From Candidatus Cloacimonadales bacterium (lineage in GTDB: Bacteria; Cloacimonadota; Cloacimonadia; Cloacimonadales; JAFGVF01), in contig OY782781.1 of NCBI GenBank assembly GCA_963678315.1, forward strand, positions 1,760,001-1,824,000: a stretch of 64,000 bases of DNA, in the 5' to 3' direction. The position numbers were made by a program, and so were the translations under genes. Positions 20,441 to 28,891 of this stretch are shown in pieces. How positions within the stretch are numbered: position 1 is the stretch's first letter; each line of letters starts with the position of its first letter. The notes beneath the pieces were generated by a model. It searched no databases and was not told the origin of the DNA. It saw nothing but the letters and a program-made list of their open reading frames with translations.

Positions 20441-21112
20441 TTAAATTTTAAAGTTGTCTATGTATGGTTTAAGGTCAGCAAAGCCTTTAAGATATGTTAC
20501 ATTCTCGTATTTATCTGCAATATCTTGTCCTCCATGGAGAAAGGCTTGTCCGCCTACAATAATTTTCAATTCAGGATAGTGCCTAGTAACCGTGTCAAGT
20601 GTGTTTAGCAGAATGTTGAAATTCATGAAGATACTAACTGAAATTGCTAATAGATTGGGCTTATATTCTTCAATTAATTTCAGTAAATCATTGATTGGAG
20701 TTTCAGAGCCTAAGAAGTAACAATTCCAACCTTCTTGTTCAAGAAAGTCTGTAATCATTCTTGCTCCAACTTGATGTTGTTCATTTTCAATTGTAGTTGA
20801 GATAGCCACTAAATTACTTTTTTCTTTGTAATCAAGTGAATCATAAAAATGATTCATTAAAGATTCTGTAATAGCCGTTGCTAAGTGTTCTTTGGCTACA
20901 GATATTTTATTATTTTCCCATAATGTTCCAACTTGATAAAGTGAGTCTTTTAATATCATTTCATAAACTTTTGATAAGTCGACATTTTGTTTAATTAGAT
21001 TATCAATTACTTTTATACACTCTAATTTTTGTCCATTTATGAGCTGTTCTGTCAACAAAGATGAAATCTCAACTAATTTAGCTGAATCCATAATATCTGT
21101 TTTTTCTTGCAT
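20441..21112 (-). CDS. Stand-alone cobalamin-binding protein (helical cap + Rossmann B12 domain), CarH/AerR-like
   Basis: W-x9-EH (WENNKISVAKEH), ExHxxG (EQHQVG), LAISVS, IIVGGQAF; no DNA-binding domain. Confidence 0.88.
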   Translation of the reverse strand: MQEKTDIMDSAKLVEISSLLTEQLINGQKLECIKVIDNLIKQNVDLSKVYEMILKDSLYQVGTLWENNKISVAKEHLATAITESLMNHFYDSLDYKEKSNLVAISTTIENEQHQVGARMITDFLEQEGWNCYFLGSETPINDLLKLIEEYKPNLLAISVSIFMNFNILLNTLDTVTRHYPELKIIVGGQAFLHGGQDIADKYENVTYLKGFADLKPYIDNFKI

Positions 21113-21200
21113 AATAACTCCCTATTCATAAATTAGTTGTAAAGATAATTTATGTCAAATAATTTTTATCTATAATTGAATAATATTAGGTGAGGATAAT

Positions 21201-21872
21201 ATGAGAGAGATTAATATTGTTAAGAATTTCCAAATGCACCCTAAAGGATCTGTGCTGATTTCATTAGGGCAAACAAAAGTTATATGCAGTGTTACAGTTG
21301 AAGAAAGAGTTCCTGATTTTTGTCTTGAAAAAGAACAAGGTTGGTTAACTGCTGAATATAGTATGTTGCCAAGCGCGACAAATACACGTAATAGAAGAGA
21401 GGTATCTAAGGGTAAAGTTAGTGGTAGAACTGCAGAAATACAAAGATTAATTGGTCGCTCTCTAAGAAGTGTTGTTGATTTAAAAGCCATCAAAGGAATG
21501 ACAATAACAGTTGATTGTGATGTTATTCAGGCAGATGGAGGAACAAGAACTGCTTCCATTACAGGAGCTGGTCTAGCTTTGGATATTGCTTTTAATAAAC
21601 TTCTTGCAGAAGGAAAAATATATTCTAATCCTATAAAAGAACATATTGCTGCTATAAGCGTTGGTATAATTGATGGACAAGTTGTTGCTGATTTAGATTA
21701 CTCTTTAGATTCTAGAGCAGATGTTGATATGAATGTTGTTATGACTGAATCAGGTAATTTAATTGAAGTTCAGGGTACAGCTGAGGGTAATACTTTTTCA
21801 AGAAGTCAACTTACTAAAATGTTGGACCAAGCAGAAGATGCTATTAAGAGCATTTTAACCGAAATTTATTAG
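21201..21872 (+). CDS. rph: Ribonuclease PH
   Basis: GWLTAEYSMLP, EIQRLIGRSLR, QADGGTRTASITG, EVQGTAEG. Confidence 0.95.
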   Translation: MREINIVKNFQMHPKGSVLISLGQTKVICSVTVEERVPDFCLEKEQGWLTAEYSMLPSATNTRNRREVSKGKVSGRTAEIQRLIGRSLRSVVDLKAIKGMTITVDCDVIQADGGTRTASITGAGLALDIAFNKLLAEGKIYSNPIKEHIAAISVGIIDGQVVADLDYSLDSRADVDMNVVMTESGNLIEVQGTAEGNTFSRSQLTKMLDQAEDAIKSILTEIY

Positions 21873-21958
21873 CAGTTTAGCCGAGAATTTAACAAGCTTC
21901 TTGACTATGTTGAAGATATTCTTTTTCTTGGTTTTTAATATATAGAATTGGAGGAAGG

Positions 21959-22957
21959 ATGAACAAAAAAGTTTCATTAACCGGAATTAAACCTACTGGT
22001 ATGCCACATTTAGGCAATTTTGTTGGTTCAATTAGACCAGCTTTAGAATTAGCTAAAAACTATGATGCCAGATACTTTATTGCTGATTATCATGCACTCA
22101 ATCAAGTGAAAGATCCCCAAAAATTAAAAGATATGACATTTGAAGTGGCTGCAGCATGGCTAGCTTGTGGTTTAAATCCAGAGGAAGTACTTTTTTATCG
22201 TCAATCTGATGTTCCTGAAACTTTTGAACTTGCAATTGCTCTGATGGCTTTTACTCCTAAAGGACTGATGAACAGGGCTCATGCTTATAAAGCTGTTGTT
22301 CAAAAGAACGAAGAGGAAAATAAACCTCTTGATGATGGTGTTAATATAGGACTTTTTACATATCCTGTGCTTATGGCTGCTGATATATTACTTTTTGATG
22401 CTGATATTGTTCCTGTAGGAAAGGACCAACTTCAACATATTGAAATGGCTAATGATATTGTGCAGGCTATGAATTTTAATTATAAAGCTGAAGTATTGAA
22501 GCAACCTAGTCCTTATACTCATCAAGAAGCTGGTGTTATTGTTGGGCTTGATGGCAGAAAAATGAGTAAATCTTATAATAATGTTATTCCTCTTTTCTTA
22601 CCTGAAAAGAAATTGAGAAAGACTATTATGAAGATAGTAACTAACTCACAGACTGTTGAAGAAGCTAAAGACCCTGATACTTGCAACGTCTTTGCTTTGT
22701 ACAAAGTCTTTGCTAGTCAAGAAGAGCAAGCTAAACTTCGTGAACGTTATTTAGCTGGTGGTATGGGCTGGGGACACGCTAAACAAGAACTGTTTGAAGT
22801 TGTAAATGCTCAATTAAAAGAACCTAGAGAAAAGTACTTTGAACTTTTAGAAAACAAAGATTATGTTGAGAAGATTCTTAAAGAAGGTGCTGAAAAAGCT
22901 AGAGTTATAGCCCGTCAAACCGTTAATAGAATGAGATCTATTATCGGAATTGATTAA
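21959..22957 (+). CDS. trpS: Tryptophan--tRNA ligase
   Basis: TGIKPTGMPHLGN, YPVLMAADIL, VPVGKDQLQH, KMSKS. Confidence 0.96.
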   Translation: MNKKVSLTGIKPTGMPHLGNFVGSIRPALELAKNYDARYFIADYHALNQVKDPQKLKDMTFEVAAAWLACGLNPEEVLFYRQSDVPETFELAIALMAFTPKGLMNRAHAYKAVVQKNEEENKPLDDGVNIGLFTYPVLMAADILLFDADIVPVGKDQLQHIEMANDIVQAMNFNYKAEVLKQPSPYTHQEAGVIVGLDGRKMSKSYNNVIPLFLPEKKLRKTIMKIVTNSQTVEEAKDPDTCNVFALYKVFASQEEQAKLRERYLAGGMGWGHAKQELFEVVNAQLKEPREKYFELLENKDYVEKILKEGAEKARVIARQTVNRMRSIIGID

Positions 22958-23030
22958 AAATTCTTAAAATTTACTTGACACAAAATAGATTAATTATTTT
23001 TATACATAAACATATTGCAAGGGAGACAAA

Positions 23031-23396
23031 ATGAGTGGTTTAACAATATTTTTATTAGTTGTACACATACTAATTAGTATTGTATTAGTACTAATTATAT
23101 TAGCTCAAACATCTAAGGGTGGTGGGCTAGACAGTAACCTTGGCGGTGCTGCATCTAATGTATTCGGTAGCGGTGCTTCCGATATGTTAAAGAAATGGAC
23201 ACAGATTATTGGAACTCTGTTCTTATTATCATGCGTGTTCATGGGAATTAATGTAAGTAAATCTGGTTCTAATTATAATCCAGGTTTAGACTCACAGAAT
23301 GAAAAAGCTGTAACTGAACAAGCTGAACCTTCTGCTACAGAAGATGCTCCAGCTGAAAGTTCTAGTGAAACAGCTCCACAAACTGAAAGTAACTAA
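23031..23396 (+). CDS. secG: Preprotein translocase subunit SecG
   Basis: Two TM helices, QTSKGGGL glycine loop, followed by tRNA-Leu. Confidence 0.92.
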   Translation: MSGLTIFLLVVHILISIVLVLIILAQTSKGGGLDSNLGGAASNVFGSGASDMLKKWTQIIGTLFLLSCVFMGINVSKSGSNYNPGLDSQNEKAVTEQAEPSATEDAPAESSSETAPQTESN

Positions 23397-23416
23397 TATT
23401 TAATATATATTTTATT

Positions 23417-23504
23417 GCAGAAGTGGTGGAATTGGCAGACACGCAAGACTAAGGATCTTGTGCCCACATAGGGTGTGCGGGTTCAAGTCCCGCCTTCTGC
23501 ACCA
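23417..23504 (+). tRNA. tRNA-Leu, anticodon AAG
   Basis: Acceptor GCAGAAG/CTTCTGC, D-arm GTGGAATTGGCAGACAC, anticodon arm CAAGA-CTAAGGA-TCTTG, long variable arm, T-arm GCGGG-TTCAAGT-CCCGC, ACCA end. Confidence 0.95.
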
Positions 23505-23508
23505 AGCT

Positions 23509-23547
23509 ATAGAGAACGATGAAAATTCATTGTTCTCTATTTTTTTT
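23509..23547 (+). terminator. Intrinsic terminator after tRNA-Leu
   Basis: atagagaacgatgaa-aa-ttcattgttctctat followed by T run. Confidence 0.85.
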
Positions 23548-23639
23548 GCCCCTGATTTACTAAATATTGCTTAATCTTTACTCCATCCCAACTTGCCTCA
23601 TTGAAAAATCAGCCTTTTTTCAAGGGGACTAGTAAGTTA

Positions 23640-23786
23640 GGAGTTAGGAGTTAGGAGTGAGGAGTTAGGAGTTAGGAGTGAGGAGTTAGGAGTGAGGAGT
23701 GAGGAGTTAGGAGTTAGGAGTGAGGAGTTAGGAGTTAGGAGTGAGGAGTTAGGAGTTAGGAGTGAGGAGTTAGGAGTTAGGAGTTA
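23640..23786 (+). repeat. Heptamer tandem repeat, 21 units of GGAGT(T/G)A
   Basis: Counted directly; follows the hairpin element at 23591-23636. Confidence 0.95.
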
Positions 23787-23799
23787 CTAGGCTATCCAT

Positions 23800-24095
23800 A
23801 AAAACCCCGAAGGGGTGGCATATACTAAGCATGGAGGCTTGCCCTCCATGTAATAGTTAAAAAATAAAAAAAGCCCTGAAAGGGCGACATAAAGGCTAAG
23901 CTTTATCTGCAAACAGAGAAGTTTACCACGAAAAGCACGAATAACACGAAAAACAGTCAAATTATTTAGGACTGGACAGTATGCTTGTATGCATGCTTCT
24001 AGCATGCATTTGAGACGTTCTTCCGAACGTCTCTACAGTACAGTGTGCTTACACTTCTATACGCCCTCAAGGGTGTCAGCGTCACACCCCTACAA
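23800..24095. repeat. Cluster of REP-like palindromes
   Basis: accccgaaggggt, catggaggcttgccctccatg, gccctgaaagggc, atgcatgcttctagcatgcat, gagacgttcttccgaacgtctctac, gggtgtcagcgtcacacccctac. Confidence 0.75.
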
Positions 24096-24164
24096 ACAAT
24101 TTCTTGACATATTTCCAAAGAAAGAACAAGATAAGAATTAAAGTTAACAACAAGGGGAATTAGC

Positions 24165-26195
24165 ATGCCTTTTTGTAGCAAGTGTGGTAATGAAATTAAA
24201 AATGATGATGCATTCTGTCCTGTATGTGGAACACCTAACAGGTTTTCAGAACAAGAGATATCAACGAACACTAATGAAAAGCAAGATTTTGCTAGATATA
24301 AAACTGATGTTTCTAGTGGTGGGACTTATGGCTTAGATATCCGTGATCTTCCTCAAGGTACAAAACTAGAAGATGAGCGTTATACTATCTTAGAAAAGCT
24401 GGGTGAAGGTGGTTTTGGTGTAGTCTATAAGGCTTCAGATAGTAATTATGAAGGTGATTTAAAAGCATTGAAAGTAATCTATAGCGAAAACTATAGTGAT
24501 AGATTGGTTATGCATAAGCTTAAAAGTGAAGCTAGAAACATGATTAAAATTAACCACCCTAACGTAGTAAGGCTATACGATATACATTTTCAGGGAGAAA
24601 TGAAATTTCTTGATATGGAATATGTCGATGGGGGAGATCTTGTTGGGCTAATGTTAAAGTGTCCTGATTACAAGATTGCAGAAGACAAAGTATGGGATTT
24701 AGCAATACAAATAGCTAAAGGTATGCAAGCAATCCACAAACAGAATTTAATACATCAAGACCTAAAACCTGAAAATATTCTCCTTACAAATGATGGTCAA
24801 GTTAAAATAACCGATTTCGGAATATCAGAACACTTTAGAAGTTCTAAATCCAGAATTGAAGAGACAAATATCAAGGGCACTTATGTTTACGCTTCTCCAG
24901 AACAACTTATAGGTGAAAATGTAGGCAAAGAGGCAGATGTTTGGTCTTTTGGAACCACCCTCTATCATATTTTAACTGGTGAAACTCTATATTCAGGCAA
25001 TACTAGTGGCGATGTGATTACACAAATAAAACTTAGGTCGTTTCAATCAGTTGCTAATGTATCAGAGAAGATGAACTATCTTTTGTCTAAGTGTTTGAAA
25101 AGAGACTATAAAGAAAGATTTAGGTCTTTTGGGCATATTTTAGAGTTTGTTTCGAAATCTAATGAACAGAGAAGGAAAGTCCCTCAACCATTAAAAAGTT
25201 TTAATCAACTAAATCAAGAAAAGAAGAATAGTGAAACAGATGATAGTATGCAAACAGCTACAAGTATCAAGCTTGTAAGTAGTAATTCAAAATTAAATGA
25301 TGACAAAAATCTAAAAAAAAATAAAATTCTAAAAAAAAAGACTAAAAAATTGAATAAAGAATTAACCAAATATCTTTATCTAATATTTTTGGGTATAATA
25401 TCAGTGGGGACAATCTATTATTTTGGAATGAAATATGTCAATAAAGAGCCCAAGTTGATAAAAATTGAGGGATTGTCAGAGGACTCAACCATGGTATTTG
25501 TCCAAGGGGGAACTTTTCAAATGGGGTCAAACAATATGGGCCACGATGAGAGGCCTGTTCATTCAGTAACTATAGATGATTTTTATATAAATAAGTATGA
25601 AGTAACTCAAGCTGAATATCAAGGTCTTATAGGGGAAAATCCATCTTATCACAAAGGAGATTACTATCCCGTGGAACAATTGTCTTGGTTTGATGCAGTA
25701 GAATTTTGTAATAAAAAAAGTAAACGAGAAGGATTAACCCCTTGCTATACAGGCTCAGGCTCAAATATTGTCTGCAATTTCGATGCAAATGGCTATCGGC
25801 TTCCTACTGAGGCAGAATGGGAATATGCTGCCAGAGGGGGAAATAAATCGGAGGGTTATCAATATTCTGGTTCTGATCAAATTGAAATAGTTGCTTGGTA
25901 TGTGTCCAATTCAGATGATAAAACTTCTCCTGTAGGCCAAAAAATGTCTAATGAATTAGGTATTTATGATATGTCTGGAAATGTTTGGGAATGGTGTTGG
26001 GATTGGTATGATAGTGGATATTATTCAGGTAGTAATGATGATAATCCAACTGGACCAAGTCACCAATCATGTCGTATCTTACGTAGTGGTTGTTGGAGTT
26101 TTAGTTCTGAGGGCTGTCGTGTTTCCAATAGAGGCTACTATTCTCCTATTAGAAGTGATTTTGATATAGGCTTTCGCCTAGCCCGTAAACCGTAG
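24165..26195 (+). CDS. Zinc-ribbon + Hanks Ser/Thr kinase + TM + FGE-sulfatase (C-type lectin fold) protein
   Basis: CSKC..CPVC; LGEGGFGVVY, ALK, HQDLKPEN, DFG, YASPEQ; one TM; YRLPTEAEWEYAARGG, DMSGNVWEWCWD, GFRL. Confidence 0.92.
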   Translation: MPFCSKCGNEIKNDDAFCPVCGTPNRFSEQEISTNTNEKQDFARYKTDVSSGGTYGLDIRDLPQGTKLEDERYTILEKLGEGGFGVVYKASDSNYEGDLKALKVIYSENYSDRLVMHKLKSEARNMIKINHPNVVRLYDIHFQGEMKFLDMEYVDGGDLVGLMLKCPDYKIAEDKVWDLAIQIAKGMQAIHKQNLIHQDLKPENILLTNDGQVKITDFGISEHFRSSKSRIEETNIKGTYVYASPEQLIGENVGKEADVWSFGTTLYHILTGETLYSGNTSGDVITQIKLRSFQSVANVSEKMNYLLSKCLKRDYKERFRSFGHILEFVSKSNEQRRKVPQPLKSFNQLNQEKKNSETDDSMQTATSIKLVSSNSKLNDDKNLKKNKILKKKTKKLNKELTKYLYLIFLGIISVGTIYYFGMKYVNKEPKLIKIEGLSEDSTMVFVQGGTFQMGSNNMGHDERPVHSVTIDDFYINKYEVTQAEYQGLIGENPSYHKGDYYPVEQLSWFDAVEFCNKKSKREGLTPCYTGSGSNIVCNFDANGYRLPTEAEWEYAARGGNKSEGYQYSGSDQIEIVAWYVSNSDDKTSPVGQKMSNELGIYDMSGNVWEWCWDWYDSGYYSGSNDDNPTGPSHQSCRILRSGCWSFSSEGCRVSNRGYYSPIRSDFDIGFRLARKP

Positions 26196-26358
26196 GGGCG
26201 TATGGCATACGCCAATGAAATTTGTGTAAGCATGAACAAACAAAGTTCAGCCCTAAAGGGCGGATGCTTACACTCCTATACTCTTCTGGGTACGCATGCT
26301 CCTAGCATGCATTTGAGACATTCTGCCGAACGTCTCTACAGTACAGTATGCTTACACT
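26192..26358. repeat. REP-like palindromes including a 69-bp near-copy of 23987-24055
   Basis: 26290-26358 matches 23987-24055 with 5 mismatches; also gtaggggcgtatggcatacgcc and gccctaaagggc. Confidence 0.85.
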
Positions 26359-26512
26359 CCAACACTAACACTAGCTTTGAGTTCAAGCTTAAGTGCTTAT
26401 TTCTGAAATAGGAAACATTTTCTTGACAAGTGCAAGCTCAATAGTAATATTAACAATATTTTAGATAGATTTGAAGATATTTCATCATTATTGATTAGAT
26501 AAGGAAGTTAGC

Positions 26513-28639
26513 ATGCCTTTTTGTATGGAGTGTGGATTTAAATATCCAGATAGCGCTAAGTTTTGTCCGGAGTGTGGAGCTCCTAATCATAAACTGAATA
26601 ATCCTGACTCTGATGAATCTAATAAGGTTAATAAAGCGGGATTACAGTTTAAGACAGATGTCTCAGGGAGTGGACGATATGGTTTAGACATACGTGATCT
26701 TCCTCAAGGAACACAACTTGAAAATGGGCGTTACACAATTTTATCAAAGTTAGGTGAAGGTGGCTTTGGAGTAGTTTACAAGGCATCGGATGATAATTAT
26801 GATGGTGAGTTAAAGGCACTGAAAGTAATTTACAGCGAGAACTATAGTGATAGATTGGTAATGCACAAGCTAAAAGCAGAAGCCAAGAATATGATTAAGG
26901 TAAATCATCCTCATGTAGTTCGCTTGTTTGATATTCATTTCAATGGTCAGGTTAAATTCCTTGATATGGAATATGTTGATGGAGGAGATTTAACAGGCTT
27001 AATGCTTGAATGTCCTGATTACAAGATTCCAGAAGAGAAAGTATGGGCATTAGCAAAAGGTATTGCTGAAGGTATGTTAGCTATTCATGAACAGAAGCTT
27101 ATTCATCAAGATCTTAAGCCTGAGAACATTTTGCTTAGCAAAGATGGGAAAGCTAAGATTACAGATTTCGGTATATCAGAGCATTTTAGAACTTCTAAGT
27201 CTAGAATAGAAAATAATGATGTAAAAGGGACTTATGTTTATGCTTCTCCAGAACAGTTAATAGGCAAAAATGTGGGAAAAGAGTCTGATGTTTGGTCTTT
27301 TGCTACTACCCTGTATCATATTCTGACAGGTAAAACTCTATATAGTGGACAGACTAGCGGGGATGTATTACTGCAAATAGAACGTAAGATTGTCGGAACT
27401 ATTTTTGGTATTTCAGAGGATATGAATAACTTGCTAGTGAAATGCCTTAAAATTAATTATTCAGAACGGTTGAAAGATTTTGACCAAGTCCTAAAGCTGA
27501 TAGCAGAACATTCTACAGAAAAGACTAAAACCGAAAAAAAGTCAATAAGTGAAATACCACTACCAAAATATGAAAAGAAAGATAACCCTTTCAGTCTTAA
27601 CCAACTCTCAGTAACTGCAAAGCCAGTTAATAATTATCCTAAAGCAAGTAACAATACAAATCAAGAGAAAAGTTCATTTATCAAGTATTTTGCAATTATC
27701 TTATTGATTGTTGGTTTAGCAGGAATAATCTATTATAGCTGGGGTGAACAAATAAAAAATAAAATCCAAAAAATTGCTACACAAAAGCAAGATACATTGG
27801 AAGTAATAGCAACAAATGAACAAGCCAAAGTAAAAGCTAGTAAAAATAGTGCTATAGCTATCTCAGGTCCGGTTAAACAAAAAACTAAAGCAAAAGTTAG
27901 TCAAAAGAAGGTCCCTATTGCAAAGAATATGGTCTTTGTTAAAGGGGGAACATTCTCCATGGGAAGTAATGATGGTGAAGATGACGAAAAGCCAGTTCAT
28001 AAGGTCAAAGTCAGCAATTTCTATATTGGTAAGCATGAAGTTAGTCAAGCAGACTACAAGAAAGTGATGAATGTTAATCCTTCACATTTTAAAAATGATA
28101 ATCACCCAGTTGAATTTGTCAGCTTCTATGATGCTATCAAATATTGTAATATGAGAAGCGAGAAAGAAGGCTTAACTCCATGCTATTATGGAGCTGAAGA
28201 CAATATTAAATGGAATAAAGACGCAAATGGATATAGACTGCCCACTGAGGCAGAATGGGAGTATGCTGCAAGAGGTGGTTCAAAATCAAAAGGCTTCATC
28301 TATTCAGGCAGTAATAAGCTTGAAGAAGTAGCATGGTTTGAAAGTAACGCAGATGATTCAACAAAACCGATAGGTAAGAAAAAAGCTAATGAACTAGGTA
28401 TTTATGACATGAGTGGAAATGTCTGGGAATGGTGCTTTGATTATTATGATGGTGCTTTCTATAGGAATAAGATAAAAACTAATCCGGTAAATACAACCAT
28501 AAATAAATATGCTGTTATAAGAGGTGGTTGTTGGAACTATTATGTCCAAGATTTATATAAGGTTTCTAATAGAGATTATTATAGTCGAACAAGTACAAGT
28601 TCTATTTGTGGATTTAGACTTGTTAGATCCAAAGAATAG
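26513..28639 (+). CDS. Paralogous zinc-ribbon + Ser/Thr kinase + TM + FGE-sulfatase protein
   Basis: CMEC..CPEC; same kinase motifs with HQDLKPEN; TM; YRLPTEAEWEYAARGG. Confidence 0.92.
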   Translation: MPFCMECGFKYPDSAKFCPECGAPNHKLNNPDSDESNKVNKAGLQFKTDVSGSGRYGLDIRDLPQGTQLENGRYTILSKLGEGGFGVVYKASDDNYDGELKALKVIYSENYSDRLVMHKLKAEAKNMIKVNHPHVVRLFDIHFNGQVKFLDMEYVDGGDLTGLMLECPDYKIPEEKVWALAKGIAEGMLAIHEQKLIHQDLKPENILLSKDGKAKITDFGISEHFRTSKSRIENNDVKGTYVYASPEQLIGKNVGKESDVWSFATTLYHILTGKTLYSGQTSGDVLLQIERKIVGTIFGISEDMNNLLVKCLKINYSERLKDFDQVLKLIAEHSTEKTKTEKKSISEIPLPKYEKKDNPFSLNQLSVTAKPVNNYPKASNNTNQEKSSFIKYFAIILLIVGLAGIIYYSWGEQIKNKIQKIATQKQDTLEVIATNEQAKVKASKNSAIAISGPVKQKTKAKVSQKKVPIAKNMVFVKGGTFSMGSNDGEDDEKPVHKVKVSNFYIGKHEVSQADYKKVMNVNPSHFKNDNHPVEFVSFYDAIKYCNMRSEKEGLTPCYYGAEDNIKWNKDANGYRLPTEAEWEYAARGGSKSKGFIYSGSNKLEEVAWFESNADDSTKPIGKKKANELGIYDMSGNVWEWCFDYYDGAFYRNKIKTNPVNTTINKYAVIRGGCWNYYVQDLYKVSNRDYYSRTSTSSICGFRLVRSKE

Positions 28640-28891
28640 GATAAATTCTTAAAACATTTGTAAAATAAATATCGACTTTAAGCTAAGTGTTCTAGTTGAT
28701 TTGTATAATAAGCCTTAGCAGAAAGTATTTTTGCAATAATATCATAGCTACATTCATAAATTTAATAGTAATATCTTGCTTGAAAAAGATTTATTAGCAA
28801 TTAGTTAGGTCTGTGTAGCATAAACAATTTGACAAATCAGGACAATACACAGAATTGACTTTTTAAAAACTTAAAACAAAGGTAACATGAA

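Noticed and set aside
23787..26411. Short ORFs 23787-24005, 23999-24271, 25966-26169 and 26202-26411
   Set aside because: Translations of REP-like DNA or shadow frames of the kinase gene
24165..28639. Diversity-generating retroelement targeting the FGE domains
   Set aside because: No reverse transcriptase or Avd gene, and no template repeat of either 3' end was seen in the window; a remote DGR cannot be excluded
23505..28700. tRNA-integrated genomic island or prophage
   Set aside because: No integrase and no duplicated tRNA 3' end (att site) seen downstream
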